Source: Paraphysomonas bandaiensis (taxonomy: Eukaryota; Protista; Chrysophyceae). Taken from it: a DNA stretch of 64,000 bases. Numbering within the stretch: the first letter of the stretch is position 1; each line of letters opens with the position of its first letter. Of this stretch, positions 10,828-21,284 are shown in pieces. The notes below the pieces were generated by a model that was not told the DNA's origin, made no database searches, and worked only from the letters and a program-made list of their open reading frames with translations. The position numbers were made by a program, and so were the translations under genes. The stretch is taken from contig CBFFRP010000148.1 in the NCBI GenBank assembly GCA_965644295.1, forward strand, positions 1-64,000, in the 5' to 3' direction.

Positions 10828-13800
10828 ATGTCAGTTAAAGTTACAAGTTACGACTCAACCGACTCGGATTCGACAACCGACAAGCGAAAGGACTCAATGC
10901 CAAAATTCGATGCGAAGAACTTCTCCAGGTGGCAGAAGAAGTGCCGTGCATGGTTCTATCGCAAGCCTAAGATCGTTTATACTCTACAGAACGATCACCC
11001 AATTGAGCCTGAAGCAGGAGAAAACTCAGATGACGAGGACTACCAGTATCGACTCGAACAGTATCAGGATGCGAAACGATATTATGATGAAGGTAATAAC
11101 TACCTATGGTCAGTCATTACAAGCTCTATCATTGGTCAGAATGAAGAGGCTGAAGGGATTTTGGAGAACGTCCCCGATGGAGACGGTAAAACCGCCTGGA
11201 CGGACTTGCTCAACCACTTCAAAGAAAAAACGACTAACGACGTCATCACTGATCTGATTGGCCAGTTTCAGAGCATAAAAATCAAAAAAGGTCAGTCGAT
11301 AATCAACTTTCTTGACGCTGTCGAAAAGCTCCGAAACAAGCTGATTAATTATGGTCATCGGATAAGTGACCAAGATCTCATATCACGCATTCGACAAGGC
11401 CTGGTATCCAAAGAAAATATGACGTATCGTGAACTGGCGATCAACCTGCAGATGCACCCTATCGATGACTACAAAACACTCATACGCAGACTACGCGGAT
11501 TAGGAAGCTCGTCTGTTGGAATGCTCTTGTCAAGCAACGAAGAAACAAAAACCGACAGTATTCAGCTTGCAGCCTCAAAACCCCCATTTTTCAAAAGTAA
11601 AGTGAATTCCAAGCGCAAAAAGGGGACATCTTTCAGAAACCGTTCCAATAAACCGAAACATGACAAGAGAGCTGACAAAGACATTAAGTGTTTCCGATGC
11701 GATGGAAAAGGACACATCGCTTCAGAATGCAAACACTCATGGGAAAGAATCCAACAGATGAAGAATTCCTCTGGAAACAAATCAACCAGTAGGAAATTCA
11801 AAAAAGTTAGATTCCAGACCCACCAGAGCACTGAAAACGACGACTCCGACCAGTTTGCAGATTATGAAGACAGTGGTCCATTACAACAGAAAGGACGAGA
11901 CTTCGGAGGAGTCGGATATCCAACAAACGACGAAACGAACTTCGTTTTTGATCAAGAAGCCGGAATGGGGACCCTTGATTCTGGCTGCACAGTCTCCATC
12001 ACACCTGAAGCCGGATACATCACCAATTATGAGGAATGCCTCACCGACATTCAAACAGCTAAGTCAGGATCAACTATGACCTCTTCAGGACATGGAAGAC
12101 TTGGTATTATCCCCAAGTGCAAGCACGTGGACCATGCTTCAAGAACACTCGTGTCCATCAGCCAATTAGATGACCTAGGGTATAAAATCTTGTTCGGAAA
12201 CCAATCAGTTGAGATATATAAAGATGACATACTGCTATCAAAGGGTAAGAGAGTTGGAGGCCTATATGAAATTCCGTTAACAGACCTCGGTACTCCTATT
12301 GACGAATCCCACCTTGCTTCAACTGCTTCAGGCCCACTCGCAACCCTAGCACATAAGAGATTGGCACATTCTTCAATTGGACTCATACAGAAAGCTGTAC
12401 AGTCAAAATTAGTAACGGGTATTAAGTTAACGAAGTCGGAGATGAATGCTACTTCTTTACCAGGTGGCCTATGTGATGGTTGTGCTAGTGGTAAATCTCA
12501 TCGCCGAAAACATAGACACGCTATCAGACAAATGCTGCTCAAGCGTGTAAGAAGAGCGAATGAGCTGGGGGAGCTAGTAGTAGCCGATTTTTCTGGACCC
12601 CATGCACCGGAGGCAATCATTACTGGCAACCGTTACATACTCGGGATGACAGATGTAGCTTCCAGACACCAATGGGACTCCTACGGACCAACGAGAGATG
12701 AAGATTTCGTCATCCAATCCATCCAGAAAGTTGTCATGTATCTACATAGTAAAGGCAAACGCCTACAACATTATCATGCGGATGGCGGGAAGGAACTGGT
12801 ATCAAGAAAAGTTCTAGAGTATCTTCAATCAATAGGGGCTACATGGACTTTCAACTCTCCGTATACCCCCGAGGATAACCCATTCCAAGAGCGATCATGG
12901 CGGACAACAAAAGAACGAGCACTCAGCAGCCTTATCGACTCTGGACTCCCACCGAATTTCTGGGAACAAGCCTCAAGGGCGACAATACACATCAAGAACA
13001 GGTTACCGTGTCAAACAGCTAAAGGATTTATGTCTCCACTTCAGTTTATCGAAAACGAAATACCAGACTTGAGTTATGCCAGAATATGGGGATGTAAATG
13101 CTTTGTGAATATCGATTCCAGTCTCCGAAAGAACAATTGGGACAGACATAGCTGGCCTGGGTATTTTATGGGCTATCGAGAGGATGGTCCTGGATATATA
13201 GTCTTTGTTCCCGCATTAAGAGATTTTGTTATATCAGGACATGTATTTTTCAACGAATGTGTCCCACCAGCGGATAAGAGATATTTTAAAGAGATAAATG
13301 AGATCTTCAGAGAGAATGAGACCTCCAGGACAGTAGAAAGTTTCAAATATCTCATAGGTCTAGCTCATGTAGATCCAGACGATGGATTAACATATGTAAC
13401 GACTCAAATAAAGCTCAGAAAAGGATTAATCGCAGCGTATCGTGGTCTAGTCGACGACAGTGGTGACAAGACACGACTCATCCAGCTCGACGACCCTATT
13501 CATGCTGCAGACGTCGAAAAGTACACTGAAGAATACATAGAACTCAAAGCAGTTGGTCTCAAATGTATTACGTCTCGATCGAAAACCCCAATACATAAAT
13601 CCAGCAAATCAGATCAAGACCCCGATACAGTTATTGGATCTCCAGCGCCAGCCGCTACTTCCAGGGGGAGTGGCGAGAATCTCAGACATCATGATGCCGC
13701 GCAGGAGAGAATCAGCAGCCATCGGTGTGAACCTACCCACTCCGATGCAAAGATAGCGAAGACTCGCCCTCCGAAACAATTCAATGGGAATCTAGTGCCG

Positions 13801-15822
13801 AATCCGGCACCACACGGTCAAGTGGATCGTGTGCACCAGCGTATGGCCAAACGCGGTAACAAGTCTGCTGATTCATCGGGAGATTGGAAAAATCAGGGTA
13901 CACCTGAAGGGCCAAGTAAGGTCCGTGCTACAGCAAAACAACAATTTTTAGCTGGTAGAAAGAGTGTTCTCCGAAGCAGGAGAATGGCCAGGAAACGGGT
14001 AATTGTAAATATACACAAACTAGGTGATGGTGTATATACATGTGATGTAAATGCTAAACATGTAGTAAATCATATGGCACATGACACACAATGTATATCA
14101 AAATTACATACAAACAATATTGATATTGTTATGCATGCTATCAGTAATTGCGATGACATTGACGAGCTAACCGATACACCAAAGAGTGTTCAAGATGCTA
14201 TTTCAGGTAAATATAAACAGCAGTGGATCGATGCTATCAATAGAGAAATATCCACTCTTCAGAGGAAAGGGTGCTGGAGATACACTGCGTTACCACCTGG
14301 AGCAAGAGCCATAAAGGGGAAACTCATATTCAAAATAAAAAGAAAACAGAATGATATCAAATTCAAGGCTCGACTAGTCGCACAGGGTTTTACTCAAATC
14401 CAAGGCATCGATTACAATGATACATACAGCCCCGTCGCAAAGGCTACATCACTACGTACAATTATTGCCCTTTCGACTATTATGAAACTCAAATTGCACC
14501 AAATCGATTTCACAACTGCGTACATCAATGCTGACCTCGAAGAGGACATATACATGTATCCCCCTCCTGGCATGGACGTCCCTGACGGAAAAGTCCTCAA
14601 ACTGATGAAAAGCATCTACGGTCTAAAGCAAGCAGGTCTTAACTGGTATAAGTGCTGTACAAATTTTATGCTAGATATGGGTTTCACCAGACTAATATCT
14701 GACCCGTGTATATTCAAAAAGCAGATTAATGGCAGGATTATGCTAATAGCCATGTATGTGGATGATATTATTATAGCATCTACATCCGACACTGATATCC
14801 AACAATTCAAAGACCATTTATCCAAAAAGTTCGAAATTACGGATCTCGGACTCCTAGACTATTACTTGGGCATCTCCATTCATCAAGATTTTGACAAAAA
14901 TATCACGACTCTCAGTCAGGAGCAGTACGTCAGAAAGTTACTGGACAAATTCAACATGTCTAACAGTAAACCCATGTCAACACCTATGTTACTGTCTTTC
15001 AACTATGATTTACATGAATACAATCATCTTTCAGAGTCAAATCAAAGTTATGTTCAGAATTTCCCCTACAAGGAACTCATAGGTTCACTAATGTATCTAG
15101 CTGTATGCACTCGACCGGATATCGCCTATGCAGTCAATACTCTTGCCAGATTTTCTGATATGCCTAATCTAACTACCTGTAATGCTGCGCTACATGTTCT
15201 TAGGTATCTCAAAGGCACTGCTAAGCAAGGATTGATATATTCTGGATCCCACATAACATTGTCAGGATACTGCGATAGCGATTGGGCACGGTGTCACCTC
15301 ACTCGACGGTCCACTACAGCTTTTACATTCTTCATAGGTAATTGTCTTATATCATGGCAATCTCGATTACAGACAACTGTGGCATTGTCATCTACTGAAG
15401 CTGAGTATATGGCTCTATCGTCAGCAGCTCAGGAAGCATTATGGCTACGCTCTTTATTATCCGAAATTGGTTTCAAACTTCCATTCTCAACAACTATTTG
15501 GTGCGATAATAAAGGGGCAGTCCAATTATGTTACAATCCTACTCATCATCGTCGTACGAAACATATTGCGATACGGTATCATTTCATTCGAGAAAATATT
15601 GCCGAAAACCAATTGACTGTTGACCATATTCCCACCACGTCAATGTTAGCCGATCTTCTCACGAAACCACTAGGAGCAACTAATTTTCTTCAATTGCGAA
15701 CTACATTGATGGGGGGAGCTGGGTTCGACATCCCATCCAGCAGCAACAGGAAGCGATCAACAACCTCAGAGACACCTAAATCACAATTAACAAGCCACAA
15801 GCGACCTAGGTGGCTAGTTTGA
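10828..15822 (+). CDS. copia Gag-Pol polyprotein (Gag, CCHC knuckle, protease, integrase, RT, RNase H)
   Basis: CFRCDGKGHIASEC knuckle, LDSGC protease, H..LAH/C..C zinc motif, DDE integrase, YVDD, CDSDWA; 1664 aa uninterrupted. Confidence 0.98.
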   Translation: MSVKVTSYDSTDSDSTTDKRKDSMPKFDAKNFSRWQKKCRAWFYRKPKIVYTLQNDHPIEPEAGENSDDEDYQYRLEQYQDAKRYYDEGNNYLWSVITSSIIGQNEEAEGILENVPDGDGKTAWTDLLNHFKEKTTNDVITDLIGQFQSIKIKKGQSIINFLDAVEKLRNKLINYGHRISDQDLISRIRQGLVSKENMTYRELAINLQMHPIDDYKTLIRRLRGLGSSSVGMLLSSNEETKTDSIQLAASKPPFFKSKVNSKRKKGTSFRNRSNKPKHDKRADKDIKCFRCDGKGHIASECKHSWERIQQMKNSSGNKSTSRKFKKVRFQTHQSTENDDSDQFADYEDSGPLQQKGRDFGGVGYPTNDETNFVFDQEAGMGTLDSGCTVSITPEAGYITNYEECLTDIQTAKSGSTMTSSGHGRLGIIPKCKHVDHASRTLVSISQLDDLGYKILFGNQSVEIYKDDILLSKGKRVGGLYEIPLTDLGTPIDESHLASTASGPLATLAHKRLAHSSIGLIQKAVQSKLVTGIKLTKSEMNATSLPGGLCDGCASGKSHRRKHRHAIRQMLLKRVRRANELGELVVADFSGPHAPEAIITGNRYILGMTDVASRHQWDSYGPTRDEDFVIQSIQKVVMYLHSKGKRLQHYHADGGKELVSRKVLEYLQSIGATWTFNSPYTPEDNPFQERSWRTTKERALSSLIDSGLPPNFWEQASRATIHIKNRLPCQTAKGFMSPLQFIENEIPDLSYARIWGCKCFVNIDSSLRKNNWDRHSWPGYFMGYREDGPGYIVFVPALRDFVISGHVFFNECVPPADKRYFKEINEIFRENETSRTVESFKYLIGLAHVDPDDGLTYVTTQIKLRKGLIAAYRGLVDDSGDKTRLIQLDDPIHAADVEKYTEEYIELKAVGLKCITSRSKTPIHKSSKSDQDPDTVIGSPAPAATSRGSGENLRHHDAAQERISSHRCEPTHSDAKIAKTRPPKQFNGNLVPNPAPHGQVDRVHQRMAKRGNKSADSSGDWKNQGTPEGPSKVRATAKQQFLAGRKSVLRSRRMARKRVIVNIHKLGDGVYTCDVNAKHVVNHMAHDTQCISKLHTNNIDIVMHAISNCDDIDELTDTPKSVQDAISGKYKQQWIDAINREISTLQRKGCWRYTALPPGARAIKGKLIFKIKRKQNDIKFKARLVAQGFTQIQGIDYNDTYSPVAKATSLRTIIALSTIMKLKLHQIDFTTAYINADLEEDIYMYPPPGMDVPDGKVLKLMKSIYGLKQAGLNWYKCCTNFMLDMGFTRLISDPCIFKKQINGRIMLIAMYVDDIIIASTSDTDIQQFKDHLSKKFEITDLGLLDYYLGISIHQDFDKNITTLSQEQYVRKLLDKFNMSNSKPMSTPMLLSFNYDLHEYNHLSESNQSYVQNFPYKELIGSLMYLAVCTRPDIAYAVNTLARFSDMPNLTTCNAALHVLRYLKGTAKQGLIYSGSHITLSGYCDSDWARCHLTRRSTTAFTFFIGNCLISWQSRLQTTVALSSTEAEYMALSSAAQEALWLRSLLSEIGFKLPFSTTIWCDNKGAVQLCYNPTHHRRTKHIAIRYHFIRENIAENQLTVDHIPTTSMLADLLTKPLGATNFLQLRTTLMGGAGFDIPSSSNRKRSTTSETPKSQLTSHKRPRWLV

Positions 15823-16021
15823 GTTACACGGAGTTTTTACCATTTTTTTTACTTTTATTCAATACATGATGCTGGACTAGAAGGATGGTCTCACAATATG
15901 GCATCTCTGCAGTTCGCTTATTATTGTCTAGTGACTGCTACTCTGGTTTTTACTCTCAGTGTGCATAAGTTCATATTCTCTCTATTATCTACGGTTCACT
16001 GATTATTTCATTGAGGGGGCG

Positions 16022-16287
16022 TATTAGGATTCAGCTTAATACATGATTGTATCTGTGAGTTATAATGTTCAATGAAATACACCATGAACTGAATTAGAGA
16101 GAGTATCTGTCGAAGATACGTGATCGTCATCATAACGTCGTCATTATCAGTTACACTTCTAACTATTCCGTTGTGCATGATAGTACGTTCTATATTGTTA
16201 TTCATAATTTTTCACTCTATCGTGTTCATTACTTACACTCTAATAATCACAACATTGTTTTACTATTATAAAGATCAATTCTTTATT
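16022..16287 (+). repeat. 3' LTR copia-B
   Basis: Follows the PPT; direct repeat of 10552-10817. Confidence 0.97.
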
Positions 16288-16516
16288 ACACGCCAAATGT
16301 CTTTGATGTTAATGTCATCGTACTAATTATATATTAAGTGTTATCATTGTATCTAACGGGTAACAATATACATTCGTATATCCTAAGCAAGACGCGATAT
16401 GGATTCTATTTCATCTATGATACATCACCTCTGTCAACATCATAACAACAAGTTTGAAGAAACGGCAGAGACAGTGACTATTATCTATCGTGTCAGGCTT
16501 CGAAGAGCAGGGTCAG

Positions 16517-17452
16517 CTAATATTTCTGTGGAGAAGAGCTCCTCTTTATAAGTTCATAGCCCATAGCGAATATGCAGGAGGATATTAGGGTCTGGCAGAG
16601 GCTAGGATAGAGTCCCCTCCAAAGGGCCCCCAATCCTTCTTGTCGCACTAGACAAGTCATTGATCCATGCAACGAGGAGTAACGGGTAGCGCCTGTCATA
16701 ATACGGGCCCTCAATGTATCGAGCGGGTGCACACACACTGTCTCAGCGAACCCTGACACCATGCCACAGATAGCATCTACGTGCACTGCGTCCTCTGTGC
16801 CTGGTCCAAGCAGAGCTGAAACAGTGCGACGACTTGCGCTGTAGGAACACCACCAGATGGAGCTCGACATTACACCTGTGCAAAACGAAGCAGAGTAACC
16901 TCTGTAGAAACCCCGTGCCCCAAAATCCGAATACACGCCTCTAATAGTTTTCAAAAGACCCGTTCGGGACGACGCATTCTGAACTATCATCCGAGCAGCA
17001 ACCACTTCGCCAGGAGTGTAAACGAGTTGAAATAAACAGTTCGCGATAACACCACTGGCAAAAGCTTGTAGCGCATCGACAGCTAATAAAGGAGCCTGAG
17101 GATAATATGAAAAAATTTTAGATCTAAATATTTCTCTGGAAGATTCTGTGGACGAGTAATAGAGAACATTAGCAGGTATGCTCATAACTGATAACGGTAG
17201 CCATCCACGAAACAGTCCTCGCCATCCTATTCTTGCAACCGTACTTGCAAAGCCCGTAGAAAATCCAGTAGCCACACTATTACTGACCATCTTATCCCCA
17301 GTTACTCTGGTTCCAGCTTGCTGTCTTGTTGTGAGGACATAAAAAGGATGTGATAAGAGAGTACCACTTCCTGATGCACATATCAAGAGCACAGCATACT
17401 TAAACTTATCCATACTATTCCATGCAATCCAATTCTCATCAATGTCTTCCAT
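16517..17452 (-). CDS. mitochondrial carrier family protein (SLC25A44-like)
   Basis: Three carrier signatures (HPFYVLTTRQQ, TPGEVVAARM, HPLDTLRARI) with GWRGLFRG / GARGFYRG / GLGALWRG; N-terminal IAWNSMDKFKY. Start taken at MEDIDEN. Confidence 0.9.
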   Translation of the reverse strand: MEDIDENWIAWNSMDKFKYAVLLICASGSGTLLSHPFYVLTTRQQAGTRVTGDKMVSNSVATGFSTGFASTVARIGWRGLFRGWLPLSVMSIPANVLYYSSTESSREIFRSKIFSYYPQAPLLAVDALQAFASGVIANCLFQLVYTPGEVVAARMIVQNASSRTGLLKTIRGVYSDFGARGFYRGYSASFCTGVMSSSIWWCSYSASRRTVSALLGPGTEDAVHVDAICGMVSGFAETVCVHPLDTLRARIMTGATRYSSLHGSMTCLVRQEGLGALWRGLYPSLCQTLISSCIFAMGYELIKRSSSPQKY

Positions 17453-18155
17453 ATTAATATTATATAGAAACACAACTGTGTATATGATAATACAGAGATT
17501 ACTTAGTGCTGAAACATCAGAGATAGAAACAACTTGATAGTGATTTAATTGCACAGATGAATGAGTTAAATGCACTCACAGGTATCGATTATTACAATAC
17601 AATGACTATCTCCACAATAAGATGTGTAAGAGTTGCATATTCACTCTCTCTATATATGTGTGTATTGTACTGCTCCATATTGCCCTGTTAAAGCATGTAT
17701 GGTTGGACATACTGCGTATATAGAGAGACGGACAGACGTACACCGCCATACGTAGAAGGACTACAGGAAGAAAATTACTGGTTCTGTATATTGTTTTTCT
17801 GCACCACATATCGCCCCTCTATATACTGTACGAGAGGACAGTACATCCGTACCTATATATATACGATACGAGTAGTACACTACCGGAGTAGGAATTCCTA
17901 CGACCTAGTGTGATATATAAACGTACGCATATTATCACTTCGCACTTCAATATCCCATATATGGGATATTTGACAACCAATCATTTCACAAAATATCCTC
18001 ATGGAGCTTAGAGAGACACTCAAGAAAAAGTACGCTAACTTACTTGTTGTGTCCATTTCACTTATATCACTTCATTCACTTCATTGAAAGTGTGAAGTAG
18101 TCATATACGTGTTATAGTAGTGGGAGTTTCTATACTTTATAGTGAGTAGAGTAAT

Positions 18156-19013
18156 ATGCCGGCAAGTGGGAAGATGTTGAAGAAGAAGGAGCAGAAGGCT
18201 AATCGTGCTCAGGTACATACTCTATACATACCCATACATACATACATACTCTATACATACCCATACATACATGCCTATATATATACCCATACATACATGC
18301 TTATACATGTACATGCCTATACATGCCTATCGATGTGCATGTGTATACATGCCTATATACATACATGCCTATACATGTACATGTATAGACTTGTACATAC
18401 ATACACGTACATCTGCCATATATATACATACATGTACATGAGTCTTAACATATTAACCTGAAGGGTATTGGAGATGAACAAGGTCGTCTTCCATCAAGAG
18501 TGAAGCCTCAGGAAGTGAAAGCATGCTGCACTCAGTGTTTCATTGAGATCCGCATGACGAAGGTACACATACACACACATACATACATACATATGGAGAT
18601 ATACGTACACTGATATACATACATATACAGCAGAGATACATACATACATATAGATGCATACGTACATACATACATACATACATACATAACTACTAGCTGT
18701 GCATACATACATACATATAACTATGAGCTGTGATTGTATATCAACTAACGGCTTCGATCAGACGAACACAGAGGCTAGAGTTCATGCCCAATCTAAGCAC
18801 CCAGGAGTGGCATTTGCTACATGTTTCCCAGGTCAATACGACCCTACAGCAGAGACAACCACTCAGCCAATAGCTGATCAAGAAAGACAGACAGCAGCTA
18901 ATACAGAGACTGTATCTGCAAAGAAATCTACAAAAAAGAAGAAAGAAGATTTAAGTTTCTTGGATAATGTTCAGACTAATATCGGAGGAGCCAAGTCAAA
19001 GAGCAAGAAGTAG
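18156..19013 (+). CDS. small basic zinc-binding protein (At2g23090/ZNF706-like); exons 18156-18212, 18464-18562, 18762-19013
   Basis: Spliced product MPASGKMLKKKEQKANRAQ-GIGDEQG..ACCTQCFIEIRMTK-TNTEARVHAQSKHPGVAFATCFPG; GT-AG introns in phase 0, CTAAC branch site in intron 2. Confidence 0.8.
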
Positions 19014-19814
19014 ATCGCCAATGACAGCGTTACTACTTGTTGAAATTAACGAATGAATATCACGAAGAAATGCCTGTGTGTATTTGTTATGATTTTATTT
19101 GTGAAGAATGTTAACGGTGCAATTTTGTGATGAGTGACTAGGAAAATACAATTCTAACCACGTCTTTTATAGTGTACTATTTATATTAATAGTATTGTCA
19201 TACGAGTGTGAATCGTAAACCTATTAAGTCCACGAGTGTAAAAACTCTTATGTTTGTACAGTACGTTTCGATACGATTTCACCCATGGTCTCAATTTATA
19301 TCGTCGTTCGTCGTACTCAGAAATTCGATTTAGTAAAGGTGAATATGATAGCATACAGCATACTGTACTCTTCTTGTACTTGTTTTACTCCACGAAGAGT
19401 AAGAATAAACAGTTTATATATTATGTGAATCGTATATACGGTTGCCCCATTTCAAGGGCCTGCCCATGTGTAGCGGTTGTGCAAGCTCCAAAAAGAGCTA
19501 TAAAATTTATTTTCCTTAGTGCACGGCTCTTACTTGGTAAATTCATGTCTGATTCAACGTTTACACTTTCCATCGTAACAGTTTGGGCACAAGGTACCAT
19601 ATGAAGCAATTTTGTTCCCACTTTTTTGTGCTCATCCTTTTGTCCAAAATAAATGATTTTTTTAGTATTACCTAGGAACCAATTGTACAAACGTTTACCT
19701 GTTTGAGAAAATGATTATAACCTACGCCATCATAATCAGTTTCAGCAGTGTCAAAGTTTGGACTGCAGCGGTCTGAAATCTTTCTGACTATAAACGACCA
19801 CTATAAAAATGCCA

Positions 19815-20050
19815 CGGATGCCCTTGAGGTGGACCCTGCTGCCCCGAATGCCTGTTTATTCGTCAAGGCCCAAAAAGGCATCTATACAAGTGACACTAAT
19901 TAGTGTCCCTCGTATCACACGAGCGGTAGGCTATGAGTGGGCAGAACAATATCTGCTGACTATATTATATGGGGCTCACGTTAGTTTCCGGGAGATACCT
20001 CTACTTATCCCCCAGAACACCACGAAAAGGTGCGAGTCCGACATTGTTGA
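19815..20050 (+). repeat. unclassified dispersed repeat family, right-hand module
   Basis: Clear homology to about 53014-53249 and 54116-54351 (GACACTAATTAGTGTC, GAACACCACGAA.AGGTGCGAGTCCGAC). Confidence 0.9.
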
Positions 20051-20146
20051 GAGAATATAAAGACAAACATTATTCAATAATAATTATTGTGATCATACCT
20101 GTGCAATATGTATGTGACCATCTCCTTGTTGTGAATCAACTTCTAG

Positions 20147-20738
20147 CAGGGCTAGGAAAAAATATATTGTATTGAAATACATTGTACAATATATATCTCC
20201 GTTCAGACAGTAATTGCAACAATACAGAGGATGATGAAGCTGATGTAGGCTATGTATGAAGTTCTTCAGTCAGCTCAAAAATTAAGAATCAAAAAGTTGA
20301 AATATATAAGTACAGGTCCACGACGCATGTAGTGTGTACTTCCAATACAGTGCAGCTAAACTTATTATACCAGTGTTGCGCAAAAGTATTCTACTACACT
20401 TACTATTATGCTATTGTTTATAAAAGCTAATCGACAGTTGTGGCCGAATGCAAGCATATTTCAATTAGTTCTGGATGAATATGGTACGTCACCGATGGCT
20501 CACAGAGGATGAGGACGAGGTGGATTCTATAAGTAGTAGTGGGTTTTTAGTTGTCATGTATCTTAATGACTACTACTAGAAATGGAATCTATGGATGTGT
20601 ATACTTACTGATTAGTCATACTAATATATTGCAATATATTGTAATTGTATTGTTGAGCGTGCTTAAAATCTCCATCAATACTATTGATGGAACGCTATCT
20701 AACAATAGTATTGTAATATATTGTTTCCTAGAGCCCTG
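20147..20738. mobile_element. hAT-type MITE, degenerate copy
   Basis: Imperfect TIRs CAGGGCTAGGAAA.AATATATTG; 8-bp TSD ACTTCTAG/CCTTCTAG (7/8); internal homology to 51212-52009. Confidence 0.85.
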
Positions 20739-21284
20739 CCTTCTAGATACAAGTTCATATATATACAGCTGCTCCAACTTCGGTGCAGTCTGTAACTTGC
20801 TTCTTTGTTACATCCATAGGGGGGTTCACCCCATTCCGTTGAGTTGAACGATGACCACAAACACTAGATGTCTAGGTAAAATAGCGAACTGATTACTCAG
20901 CTCCACCAATTCGTAATGGGTTTCACCTCAAAATCGCACTATTAATTTAGATATCTATTCTCTATTCTCTGGCTAACAATTCTTTATCAGTGTCATCGTA
21001 AATAAGCTTCAAATTAATCAAAAACCTAAGGCTAATTTCTATTTAAAAATATATATCGAGTACCGCTCTTAACTATTTTCGTTCATTATGTACCATGTCT
21101 ACATAGACGTATTACAATGCACGAAGTACTTGTACTCGATTGGAAGAATTAGCGGACAGCACAGATATAAGAGCTTATATTTACTAATGGAAATAGTTAA
21201 TCAAAAGCTACATGTATTTTCATTTGACGTGCATACATAGCTAACAGCCGACATTCGCAATCGCGTGGTTATGTACCCTACTAA

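Larger units (their letters stand above)
10552..16287 (+). mobile_element. complete Ty1/copia LTR retrotransposon (copia-B)
   Basis: 266-bp LTRs at 10552-10817 and 16022-16287, identical by eye; TSD ACACG at 10547-10551 and 16288-16292; PBS TGGTAGCGAG; PPT GAGGGGGCG; single gag-pol ORF. Confidence 0.98.

Noticed and set aside
19254-19690. Overlapping 89-116 aa ORFs on both strands
   Set aside because: AT-rich, non-ATG starts, no recognisable domain.
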